In this document: positions 56,251-64,000 of the stretch, in pieces
Layout: the number at the start of each line of letters is the position of its first letter
Numbering within the stretch: the stretch's first letter is position 1
Assembly (NCBI GenBank): GCA_003511165.1
Contig: DOJW01000004.1
Coordinates: 68,015 to 132,014, forward strand
Direction of reading: 5' to 3'
Origin: Candidatus Babelota bacterium
GTDB lineage: Bacteria; Babelota; Babeliae; Babelales; UBA12411
DNA: 64,000 bases
Position numbers and translations under genes: made by a program
Notes under the pieces: model-generated
What the model saw: only the letters and a program-made list of their open reading frames with translations
Databases searched by the model: none
Told to the model about the DNA's origin: nothing

Positions 56251-58986
56251 ATGCACAGAATAAAAAAAGATGCGATTTTTCTCATTGATGGATCTTCATT
56301 TTTATACAGAGCATTTTATGCTCTAAAACCTCTTCATACAGCCAAAGGATTAACGGTACAGGCGGTTTTTGGATTTTGCCGAATGATAAAAAAATTAATT
56401 GACGATTATAACCCACAAAAAATAGTTCTAGTTTGGGATACAAAAGGCAAAACGTTCCGCTCCGAAATATTTGAAGAATACAAAGCAACAAGGCAAAAAG
56501 CACCCTCTGATTTGATAGAACAAAAAAAATTAATTGTAGAATTTGCAGATATTATCAAATTGCCTCAGATATTCAAAGAGGGGTATGAAGCCGATGATCT
56601 TATTGCATCAATCGCTGCAGAAAACGAAGATCATGAAACAATTATCGTTTCACCGGATAAAGATTTACAACAACTGATTGATAAAAGAGTTTTGGTTTTT
56701 GATCCATTTAAAAGAATTGTAATCGATAAAGATGATTTTCAAAAAATAAATAATTTCCCCCCAGAAAGAACAATTTTGTACCATTCGATTTTAGGAGATG
56801 CTTCGGATAATATCCCAGGTGTAAGCGGAATCGGCAAAAAAGGCGCACAAGAACTAGCGGAGCAATTTAAAAGCCTAGATGATCTTTACGAAAATTTAGA
56901 AAAAGTAAAAAGCGAAAGCTTAAGAAAAAAACTGCACGAACAAAAAGATTTGGCATTTTTAAGTGAAAAGCTTTTTACACTGAAAATAATAAAAACGCAC
57001 ATTAAAGAAAAAGATCTGCAATTCGATGCCAAAAACTGGAACAATGCATATGATTTTTTTGCCAAATTAAATTTTGAAAGTTTATTAAAAGGTGTTAAAA
57101 ATCCAAATGAAACGCCGAAAAAAAACCAAGAAGGCCAACTTTCAATATTCGGTGGAGAAAAAAAGGAAACAAAAGAGTGGAAATTAATTGTTGTTCAAGA
57201 AGAAGATCAACTTGATTCTTTAATTAAAGATTTAAAAAATTGTGAAACTTTTGCATTCGATACAGAAACGACAGGCCTCAAACCGCTAGAAGATGACCTT
57301 GTTGGTATTTCATTTGCATTCGACAACAAAAAAGCTTTTTATATTCCGCTAAAGCATCAAACCGAAGAAAAACAACTCGATAGAAAAATGGTATTAGAAA
57401 AATTAAAGCCGATACTTGAAAACAAAAAAATAGAAAAAATTTTACATCATGCCAAATTCGATGAATTAGTTTTATGGCAATTTGGAGTTGATACTAAGGG
57501 AGTAGTTTTTGATTCATTAATCGCTGCGGCACTACTCAAAAAAGAAGGCGAAAAAATCAATCTTAAAATTTTATCTCTTAGATATTTAGATGAACCAATG
57601 GCAACATTTGCAGACATAATGGATAAAAAATATAAAACATTTGCAGAAGTTCCGCTATCAATAGGTGCTAAATATGGCGCTTATGATTCACTTCAAACAT
57701 TTAAACTAAAACCGCTTTTGGAAAAAGAATTAAAAGCGGAGCCATCATTAAAAAAAGCTTTTGAAAATATCGAAATGCCAATTTCACAGATTTTATTTAA
57801 AATGGAACGCACTGGAATCAAGCTTGACGTTGAAATAATAAAAGAAATAGCAAAAGAATTAAATAAAGAATTAAACAAACTCGAAGCTAAAATTTTGGCA
57901 AACATTGAGCATCATGGTAAAGAAATAAATCTAAATTCGCCAAAGCAGATTGAAGTTTTGCTTTTTGATTCACTAAAACTTCCAGTAGTTAAAAAAAGTC
58001 GCGAAGGACGTCGCTCAACAGATCAAGAAGTTCTCGAAGAGTTAAGCAAAATTCATCCAATACCAGGTTTAATATTGCGCTATCGTGAACTGTTCAAATT
58101 AAAAAGCGGATATTTAGAACCGCTTCCACTTGTAATAAATCCAAAAACAAACAGAATTCATACAACATTCAACCAAACAGATGTTGCAACTGGAAGACTT
58201 TCTAGCAACAATCCAAATTTACAAAATATTCCCGCAGCGGAAGGATATGGAATGAAAATCCGATCTGCATTTGAAGCGGGAAGAGGTAATATTTTTATAT
58301 CTGCCGATTATTCTCAGATTGATTTGCGAGTACTAGCACATTTAACAAAAGACAACGCGCTGCAAAAAGCATTTTTGGAATACCGCGATATTCACACACA
58401 AACAGCTTCTCAAATTTTTGGAGTAGGGGAGAATGAAGTTACACAAGAGCAAAGACAAATTGGTAAAAGAATAAACTTCAGTATTATTTATGGACTAACA
58501 CCTTTTGGATTATCTAAAGATTTGGGTATCAAACCAAGCGAGGCAAAAATATATATCGCAAAATATTTTGAGCAATATCCCAAAGTAGCTGTTTGGATGG
58601 ATAAAGTTGTCGAAGAAGCAAAAAAAAAAGGATATGTAGAAACAGTTTTTGGCAAAAGAAGATATGTTGCAGATTTGCATGAACAAAATAAACATGTGTA
58701 TGAAGCAGCAAGAAGAGTGACAATTAATACTCCAGTGCAAGGAACATCCGCAGAAATTATTAAACTTGCGATGATAAAAATAGATCAAGAACTAGAAAAG
58801 CATGACCTTAATGCGAATATGTTACTTCAAATCCACGATGAACTTATCATCGAACTCCCAAAAGAAAATGAGGATAAAGTAACAAAAATTGTACAAAAAT
58901 GTATGGAAAATGTAGTCGACTGGGAAATTCCACTTACCGTTGCAATCAGAAGTGGAAAAAATTGGGAGGATGTATCAAAATCATAA
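56251..58986 (+). CDS. polA: DNA polymerase I
   Basis: 5' nuclease LIDGSSFLYRAFYA. 3'-5' exonuclease ExoI FAFDTETTGL. Polymerase motifs are RLSSNNPNLQNIP, ISADYSQIDLRVLAH and QIHDELI. Confidence 0.97.
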   Translation: MHRIKKDAIFLIDGSSFLYRAFYALKPLHTAKGLTVQAVFGFCRMIKKLIDDYNPQKIVLVWDTKGKTFRSEIFEEYKATRQKAPSDLIEQKKLIVEFADIIKLPQIFKEGYEADDLIASIAAENEDHETIIVSPDKDLQQLIDKRVLVFDPFKRIVIDKDDFQKINNFPPERTILYHSILGDASDNIPGVSGIGKKGAQELAEQFKSLDDLYENLEKVKSESLRKKLHEQKDLAFLSEKLFTLKIIKTHIKEKDLQFDAKNWNNAYDFFAKLNFESLLKGVKNPNETPKKNQEGQLSIFGGEKKETKEWKLIVVQEEDQLDSLIKDLKNCETFAFDTETTGLKPLEDDLVGISFAFDNKKAFYIPLKHQTEEKQLDRKMVLEKLKPILENKKIEKILHHAKFDELVLWQFGVDTKGVVFDSLIAAALLKKEGEKINLKILSLRYLDEPMATFADIMDKKYKTFAEVPLSIGAKYGAYDSLQTFKLKPLLEKELKAEPSLKKAFENIEMPISQILFKMERTGIKLDVEIIKEIAKELNKELNKLEAKILANIEHHGKEINLNSPKQIEVLLFDSLKLPVVKKSREGRRSTDQEVLEELSKIHPIPGLILRYRELFKLKSGYLEPLPLVINPKTNRIHTTFNQTDVATGRLSSNNPNLQNIPAAEGYGMKIRSAFEAGRGNIFISADYSQIDLRVLAHLTKDNALQKAFLEYRDIHTQTASQIFGVGENEVTQEQRQIGKRINFSIIYGLTPFGLSKDLGIKPSEAKIYIAKYFEQYPKVAVWMDKVVEEAKKKGYVETVFGKRRYVADLHEQNKHVYEAARRVTINTPVQGTSAEIIKLAMIKIDQELEKHDLNANMLLQIHDELIIELPKENEDKVTKIVQKCMENVVDWEIPLTVAIRSGKNWEDVSKS

Positions 58987-59273
58987 AAAATCGCGTTTTT
59001 TTAACAAAAAAGTTATTTTTATGAATATTTTGAAAAGTTATATTTGATTTTTTTTGATTTTTATTTTAAATCTACTGTTAGCAATTGACTTTTGATGGAT
59101 AAACATGCAGAATGAAAAACATCTAAAAAGAAGGTAAAACAGCTTGAAATCCCTTAATAATTCATTACTCTTCTTAAAGTCATTGTTCTAATGGAAATAA
59201 AAATTCAAAATGTTTTTAGTAGTGTATAAGTTTAATTTAAATCATTTAATACGATTTTATATCGGGAGCTACG

Positions 59274-59537
59274 ATGGCAACGAGTAAATCCGGCGGTTCT
59301 ACGTCAAATGGTCGCGATAGTATAGGCAAACGTTTAGGTTGTAAAAGATTCGATAACCAATTTGTTAATTGCGGCGAAATTTTAGTCAGACAAAGAGGAA
59401 CAAAAGTAAATCCAGGAAATAATGTAAAAAGAGGAAAAGATGATACACTTTTTGCAATAAAACCAGGTTTTGTAAAATACTATTCCGGTTTTAAAGGCAG
59501 AAAATTTGTTAAAATCTTAGAAAAGTTAGAAGCTTAA
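59274..59537 (+). CDS. rpmA: 50S ribosomal protein L27
   Basis: [46 protein letters not shown] is classic L27. Confidence 0.95.
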   Translation: MATSKSGGSTSNGRDSIGKRLGCKRFDNQFVNCGEILVRQRGTKVNPGNNVKRGKDDTLFAIKPGFVKYYSGFKGRKFVKILEKLEA

Positions 59538-59632
59538 ATTTCCAAAATTCATTAAATCCAAAAACTTCATGTTAAATCAAATTGTAATAGGTAGTTATGA
59601 TAGTCATGTTTATTAAAAATAGAGAGTAGCTC

Positions 59633-60550
59633 ATGATTGATTTCTTAAAATATCGTTATTTTTTCGTTTTTTGGTCTGCTTTGTTATTAGCAGTTGGAAT
59701 AGTTGTAGGCAGTTATAATTACTACAAATCAGGAAATGTGTTTCAATATCACATTGATTTTGTAGGCGGTACTGAATTAAATGTAAATTTTGAAAATCCT
59801 ATCAAAATTTCCGAGTTCAGATCTGCATTAGACAGTAGCCACTGGACAGACTTGTCTATCCAATCTATCGGAACAGCAAATTCTGAAAACAAATACAAAG
59901 AATTCGTAGTTCGAACAAAGGACACATCTGACAATATTGAACACAAATTTTTGGATGATGTTAACGCAAAAATAACATCTAATAAAGTTACAATATCAGG
60001 TGTTTCAAGAGTTGGTGCTGAAGTCGGTAAAGATATTAAAACGAATGCAATCATCGCAGTTATATTAGCTCTTTTGATAATTTTATTTTACATTGCACTT
60101 CGCTCAAAATATCGCTTTGGGGTTGGCGCAGTAGCATCGCTTATACATGATTTACTTGCAGTTATGGTTATCATCATGCTTTTAGGCGAACAAATATCAA
60201 TATCAGTCATGGCTGCCGTTTTATCAGTTCTTGGTTATTCTCTGCATGACACAATTATTATTTTCAGCAGAATCAGAGAGAACTTTAAGAAGATGAAGGG
60301 TAAGTCAGAGTTTGAAATAGCAAATATTAGTATCAATCAAACTCTTAATAGAACATTACTTACAAGTTTTGCAACATTATTAACTATCGTTGCAATTTTA
60401 ATTTTTGGAGGAGAAATTCTTAGAGGTTTTGCAATTGTTATGTTCGTCGGAATTATCGTTGGAACATACTCTTCCATTTACATTGCAAGTCCAGTTATGC
60501 TTGCAATCAAATCAAAATCTTCAGAAATCTCATCTTCATCAATCAAATAA
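59633..60550 (+). CDS. secF: Protein translocase subunit SecF
   Basis: FQYHIDFVGGTELNV. Six TM helices carry YRFGVGAVASLIHDLL and FSRIRENFKK. Confidence 0.88.
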   Translation: MIDFLKYRYFFVFWSALLLAVGIVVGSYNYYKSGNVFQYHIDFVGGTELNVNFENPIKISEFRSALDSSHWTDLSIQSIGTANSENKYKEFVVRTKDTSDNIEHKFLDDVNAKITSNKVTISGVSRVGAEVGKDIKTNAIIAVILALLIILFYIALRSKYRFGVGAVASLIHDLLAVMVIIMLLGEQISISVMAAVLSVLGYSLHDTIIIFSRIRENFKKMKGKSEFEIANISINQTLNRTLLTSFATLLTIVAILIFGGEILRGFAIVMFVGIIVGTYSSIYIASPVMLAIKSKSSEISSSSIK

Positions 60551-60562
60551 AATATATCTACT

Positions 60563-60592
60563 ATCACAAAAGGTGTAACAACCTTTTGTGAT
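60563..60592 (+). terminator. Hairpin downstream of secF
   Basis: atcacaaaaggt-gtaaca-accttttgtgat is a 12-bp perfect stem. Only a weak T-run follows (ggcctttt). Confidence 0.5.
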
Positions 60593-60688
60593 GGCCTTTT
60601 GGGGGTTATTAAAATTTCTGTATTCTTTTAAATCAATTAATTTATGTTGTTTTCAATTGTATAAGTTTAATTCAATTCTAAGGTTATT

Positions 60689-62209
60689 ATGGCAAAAACA
60701 AATTTATCTACGGAGTCTGTAGAAAAACTAAATGACGAAAAAAAAGAAACTACATCTAATGATGTGAACACTCCTAGCGATAAAAAAACACCTAATCATT
60801 CTAAAACCACAAAAGCGGAAAAAATAGAAGTTAAATCTGTCGAAACAAAAGGGATATCAGATTTGGAAAATAAAATAAAAGAAACTCCACAAGAAATTAT
60901 TGGAGCTGATGAAAATAACACAGTGGAATCAGAAAATAATGGGGTAAAAAAATCTATCAATGTCCAAGAGTTAAAAGAGATGGAAATAATGAAGCTAACG
61001 GAATATGCGAAAAGCTTAAATATTCCAAATGTTAGCTCAATGAAAAAACAAGAAATTATTTTCAAAATTCTTGAATCTCAATCCGACCAACGAGTAGAAA
61101 TTTATGGAGAGGGTGTTTTAGAAAGACTTCCTGATGGATTCGGTTTTTTAAGATCACCAAAATTCAATTATATGCCAGGTCCAGATGATATCTACGTTTC
61201 ACCAATTCATATAAAACGTTTTGGACTTAGAACTGGAGATGTTATCAAAGGTATGATTCGCAAACCTAAAGAATCAGAAAAATATTTCGCTATTCAAAGA
61301 ATTGATAGCGTAAATTTTCTTTCACCACTAGCAGCTGCAAACAAAATAATTTTTGAAAATCTAACACCTCTTTTCCCTAAGGAAAGATTCAATTTAGAAT
61401 TTTCGCCTACTGTATACTCAACAAGAATTATGGATATTTTAACTCCAGTCGGTAAAGGACAGAGAGGACTTATCGTTGCTCCTCCTAAAACTGGTAAAAC
61501 CATTCTTCTCAAAGAGATTGCAAACAGCATTGTCAAAAATCATCCAGAAGCAATTTTGATAATATTATTAATTGATGAACGACCAGAAGAAGTAACAGAT
61601 ATGCAACGTTCGGTCAAAGCAGAAGTCATTAGCTCAACTTTCGACGAATCTGCATCAAGACATATTCAAGTTGCTGAAATGGTAATCGAAAAAGCAAAAC
61701 GACTTGTTGAAAGCGGATACGATGTAGTGGTTCTGCTAGATTCTATCACAAGACTTGCAAGAGCTTACAACACAGTTTCCCCTGCGTCTGGCAAAGTTTT
61801 GACCGGTGGTATCGACGCAAATGCGCTTCAAAGACCAAAACGATTTTTCGGAGCTGCTAGAAATTTGGAAGAGGGCGGATCTCTTACTATTTTGGCAACA
61901 GCTTTGGTTGAAACTGGCTCAAAAATGGATGATGTTATTTTCGAAGAGTTTAAAGGTACAGGAAACATGGAAATCCATCTTTCCAGAAAACTTTCTAACA
62001 GACGCGTATACCCTGCATTTGATTTACAAGAATCTGGTACACGTCGTGAAGAGTTACTTCTTGGCGAAGATTTTGTTAACAGAGCATGGGTCCTGCGAAA
62101 GTTCTTGAGCTCAATGAACACAGTCGAAACTATGGAATTTTTGATCGACAAAATTAAGCAAACAAAAACAAATCAAGAGTTCTGGGAATTGATGAACAAA
62201 AAGAAGTAA
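60689..62209 (+). CDS. rho: Transcription termination factor Rho with ~95-aa low-complexity N-terminal extension
   Basis: Rho_[19 protein letters not shown], a CSD-like GFGFLRS, Walker [16 protein letters not shown], and [11 protein letters not shown]. The first ~95 aa are K/E/N/T-rich and lie outside the canonical fold. Confidence 0.95.
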   Translation: MAKTNLSTESVEKLNDEKKETTSNDVNTPSDKKTPNHSKTTKAEKIEVKSVETKGISDLENKIKETPQEIIGADENNTVESENNGVKKSINVQELKEMEIMKLTEYAKSLNIPNVSSMKKQEIIFKILESQSDQRVEIYGEGVLERLPDGFGFLRSPKFNYMPGPDDIYVSPIHIKRFGLRTGDVIKGMIRKPKESEKYFAIQRIDSVNFLSPLAAANKIIFENLTPLFPKERFNLEFSPTVYSTRIMDILTPVGKGQRGLIVAPPKTGKTILLKEIANSIVKNHPEAILIILLIDERPEEVTDMQRSVKAEVISSTFDESASRHIQVAEMVIEKAKRLVESGYDVVVLLDSITRLARAYNTVSPASGKVLTGGIDANALQRPKRFFGAARNLEEGGSLTILATALVETGSKMDDVIFEEFKGTGNMEIHLSRKLSNRRVYPAFDLQESGTRREELLLGEDFVNRAWVLRKFLSSMNTVETMEFLIDKIKQTKTNQEFWELMNKKK

Positions 62210-62242
62210 ATATTTATTTTCTTTTTAAAAACTACAAAACAA

Positions 62243-62274
62243 AAAAGGCAGGCTTTTATCAGCTTGCCTTTTTT
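62243..62274 (+). terminator. Rho-independent terminator of rho
   Basis: aaaaggcaggct-tttatc-agcttgcctttt (one G:U pair), followed by a T-run. Confidence 0.75.
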
Positions 62275-62410
62275 GTTTGAATTAATTGGGTTATCTCTTA
62301 AAAATTATTCCTATTTTTTTAAAATTTGGATTTTATATTTTTAAATCATTTTATTTAGTTTAATTCTTCTTCCGTTTATTTCATCTATTTTTTTATTTCT
62401 AGCTGCTCCC

Positions 62411-62830
62411 GCAGAGGATGAAAGGAGATTTTGACGCAAAAACCTCCTTTCATCCTCCATGCACCAAAAGAGCACTTTTGGATTTCCTTACCGCGCAATA
62501 CTCCTTGGGATACGGAATTCTATTTAATTAAAATTAAACAGAATTCCGTACTCCAAGACGAACATCTTTGCGCGGGATCAGACTTTTACATTTATATTAA
62601 CGTTCCGATATTTTTCTAAATTTGAATTGTTGAAAAATTTAGAAAAACGTCTTTATGAGAATGTAGGATTCCAAATAAGCGCTATCTGTTTGAACCCGCC
62701 TTCACTAAAGTTATGGCGGGCTGGCTGCTGTCCAGTTTTACGGGATGCAGGAGTTTAGCGCGTAGAGAGATTACAAAGAAACCTCTTTGTTTTGGGGATC
62801 CAAGGGTGCTCAAATTCAGCACCCTTGGCC
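62411..62830. other. GC-rich cluster of perfect and near-perfect hairpins in an 800-bp intergenic region
   Basis: H1 is 62414-62427 gaggatgaaaggag / 62444-62457 ctcctttcatcctc. H2 spans 62491-62575: ccgcgcaa..tacggaattct / agaattccgta..ttgcgcgg. H3 is 62695-62720 cccgcc/ggcggg. H4 is 62773-62790 acaaaga/tctttgt. H5 is 62800-62828 ccaagggtgct/agcacccttgg. There is no credible ORF. Confidence 0.6.
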
Positions 62831-63006
62831 CGTGCGGGCAGCACCTTTGATAAAAGAAAATTTAAAAAACAAACGTTAAAACAGAATTGAAATACTAAAA
62901 CCAAAGATAAAAATAAATTATAAAATTAAATATTAAATTATTGACTTAAAGGAACTTTTACCTCCACTCTTTTAAATAAATTTTTAGAAAAAAAAGGAAG
63001 CTTCTA

Positions 63007-64000
63007 ATGAAAAAATTTAATTTAAAAATCTACATCTCGCTTCTAATCATAACAACGTTATTTATCTACTCACTTTTAAATGCAGGCAACATTGTTTACA
63101 ATCTTGCTGGTGGAGTTTTAGATCTAACATCCACCCAATCTTTTTACATTCCCGCTGGTGACAGTTACACCATAAAAAATGGACAAGTAAATAATATATT
63201 GGCAAACAGCATCATCATGCATGACTCTACGTCTCAATTAATTTTACAAAATGTTACGCTTTGCTTAAATAACGATTACACAATGACTCAAGGCTCGATG
63301 CTTGTAAAAGGCGATTGTGAAATTGCAAGTAATAATTATAAATTCACAACTCAAGGGCATTATATTTTGATCGATGACAATGCAACGCTCAAATTTAACA
63401 ATACTACTTTTGTCATGCAACCAACTCAAAAAAATGTAAATCTTGTAATCTTTAGCAATAATCTTTCGAATTTGTATCTTTTGGATTCGACTTTAAAAGT
63501 AGATTATATCGATGGCGGCTCGACCATCTCTTGCGACAATTGCCCAGTTTTTGCTGGCGGCAAATTAATAATAGATGGTAATTGTACAGTCGATAATGCA
63601 TCAACTTACACTATGAATGCGCTCCAACTTGGAGTCAGCCTCACTGCAGAAGATTGTGTTCTACAAATTAAAGATGGATCAGAACTTACAATTAACAATG
63701 CAGGAATGATCATCAACAATGCTGCAACAAACAGCTTGGACCTTTCCGGTGGAAATGGGGTAATAAATATAAACTCCGGTGCAAATTTCGAAGTATTAAA
63801 TTCAATGGATCTAGATAGTTCTTCTTTAGATTTTAATTTTACAAGTACAAACTTTTTCACAGGTACAAGTTTATCTATGTTTAATAATACTCTCGGTACA
63901 ACTCAAACAGTTACCGCTGGAATAGATTGTCAATATATTTCGATAACAACTTCAAATCAATTTATAGCAACAGCAAGCGAAATATATGGAAGCCCTGTTA
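63007..64000 (+). CDS. Secreted beta-helix-like surface protein (autotransporter/Pmp-like passenger), 5' part; runs off window
   Basis: Own translation from ATG 63007 (AGGAAG RBS) gives MKKFNLKIYISLLIITTLFIYSLLNA, then N/T/G-rich ~20-25-aa pseudo-repeats with GGVL, GGKLIIDG, GGNGVINI and F-x-x-N-like elements. The frame is open to the end of the window. It is absent from the ORF track because no stop codon is reached. Confidence 0.6.
   Translation, partial: MKKFNLKIYISLLIITTLFIYSLLNAGNIVYNLAGGVLDLTSTQSFYIPAGDSYTIKNGQVNNILANSIIMHDSTSQLILQNVTLCLNNDYTMTQGSMLVKGDCEIASNNYKFTTQGHYILIDDNATLKFNNTTFVMQPTQKNVNLVIFSNNLSNLYLLDSTLKVDYIDGGSTISCDNCPVFAGGKLIIDGNCTVDNASTYTMNALQLGVSLTAEDCVLQIKDGSELTINNAGMIINNAATNSLDLSGGNGVININSGANFEVLNSMDLDSSSLDFNFTSTNFFTGTSLSMFNNTLGTTQTVTAGIDCQYISITTSNQFIATASEIYGSPV

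Noticed and set aside
62431-62619. A 62-aa ORF in the long rho-downstream spacer.
   Set aside because: It starts at a TTG and runs through perfect palindromes, so half of it is the reverse-complement translation of the other half. It has no RBS. The region is better explained as structured RNA or a repeat element.
62640-62870. Possible tmRNA, RNase P RNA, SRP RNA or 6S RNA. For example, gagaatgtaggattcc resembles the GAGGAUGUAGGAAUUUCGG stretch near the tmRNA 3' end.
   Set aside because: On neither strand could I find a tRNA-like acceptor/T-arm with CCA, a GGGGCUGA-type 5' end, the GAGGAAAGUCC P4 motif, or the GGAA-tetraloop SRP domain IV. The resemblance is limited to about 15 nt. It is left as unidentified and needs Infernal.

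Overview
This is a visibly AT-rich, gene-dense chromosomal segment from a diderm (Gram-negative-type) bacterium: BamD, KdsD, a beta-barrel OMP and a prepilin peptidase are all present. The backbone is housekeeping genes: topA, plsC, an orphan sufC, acs, bamD, yraN, rpsU, rbfA, kdsD, pilD, mnmA, jag-mnmE, groES-groEL, prfA, rpmE, pgi/pmi, pgeF-ftsZ-ftsA-ftsQ, rlmB, nrdD-nrdG, ftsY, prmC, a CopB-type ATPase, polA, rpmA, secF and rho. There are six tRNAs: fMet, Gly-CCC, Gly-GCC, Val, Asn and Asp. I found no rRNA, CRISPR array, transposase, integrase or prophage genes. Between the housekeeping blocks sit lineage-specific genes for signal-peptide proteins, several with eukaryote-like or unusual architectures. 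(1) One protein combines a Skp1/BTB-like fold with ten near-identical WD40-like repeats. (2) One is a cPLA2/lysophospholipase-type phospholipase. (3) One is a secreted APH/choline-kinase-like protein. (4) A 927-aa secreted protein carries C-terminal tandem repeats. (5) A membrane protein appears to fuse a double-Cache sensor to a pentameric ligand-gated ion channel (pLGIC) module. (6) One protein fuses an ATP-cone to an Mrr-like nuclease domain. Three intergenic regions hold GC-rich, strongly palindromic islands that stand out from the AT-rich background; these could be MITE-like elements or unidentified structured RNAs. The mix of a compact housekeeping backbone and eukaryote-like secreted proteins suggests a host-associated or intracellular lifestyle (amoeba-associated lineages such as Dependentiae/TM6-like, Legionellales-like or Chlamydiae-like). 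That is inference only. All calls come from reading the ORF translations and the DNA by eye; no searches were run.
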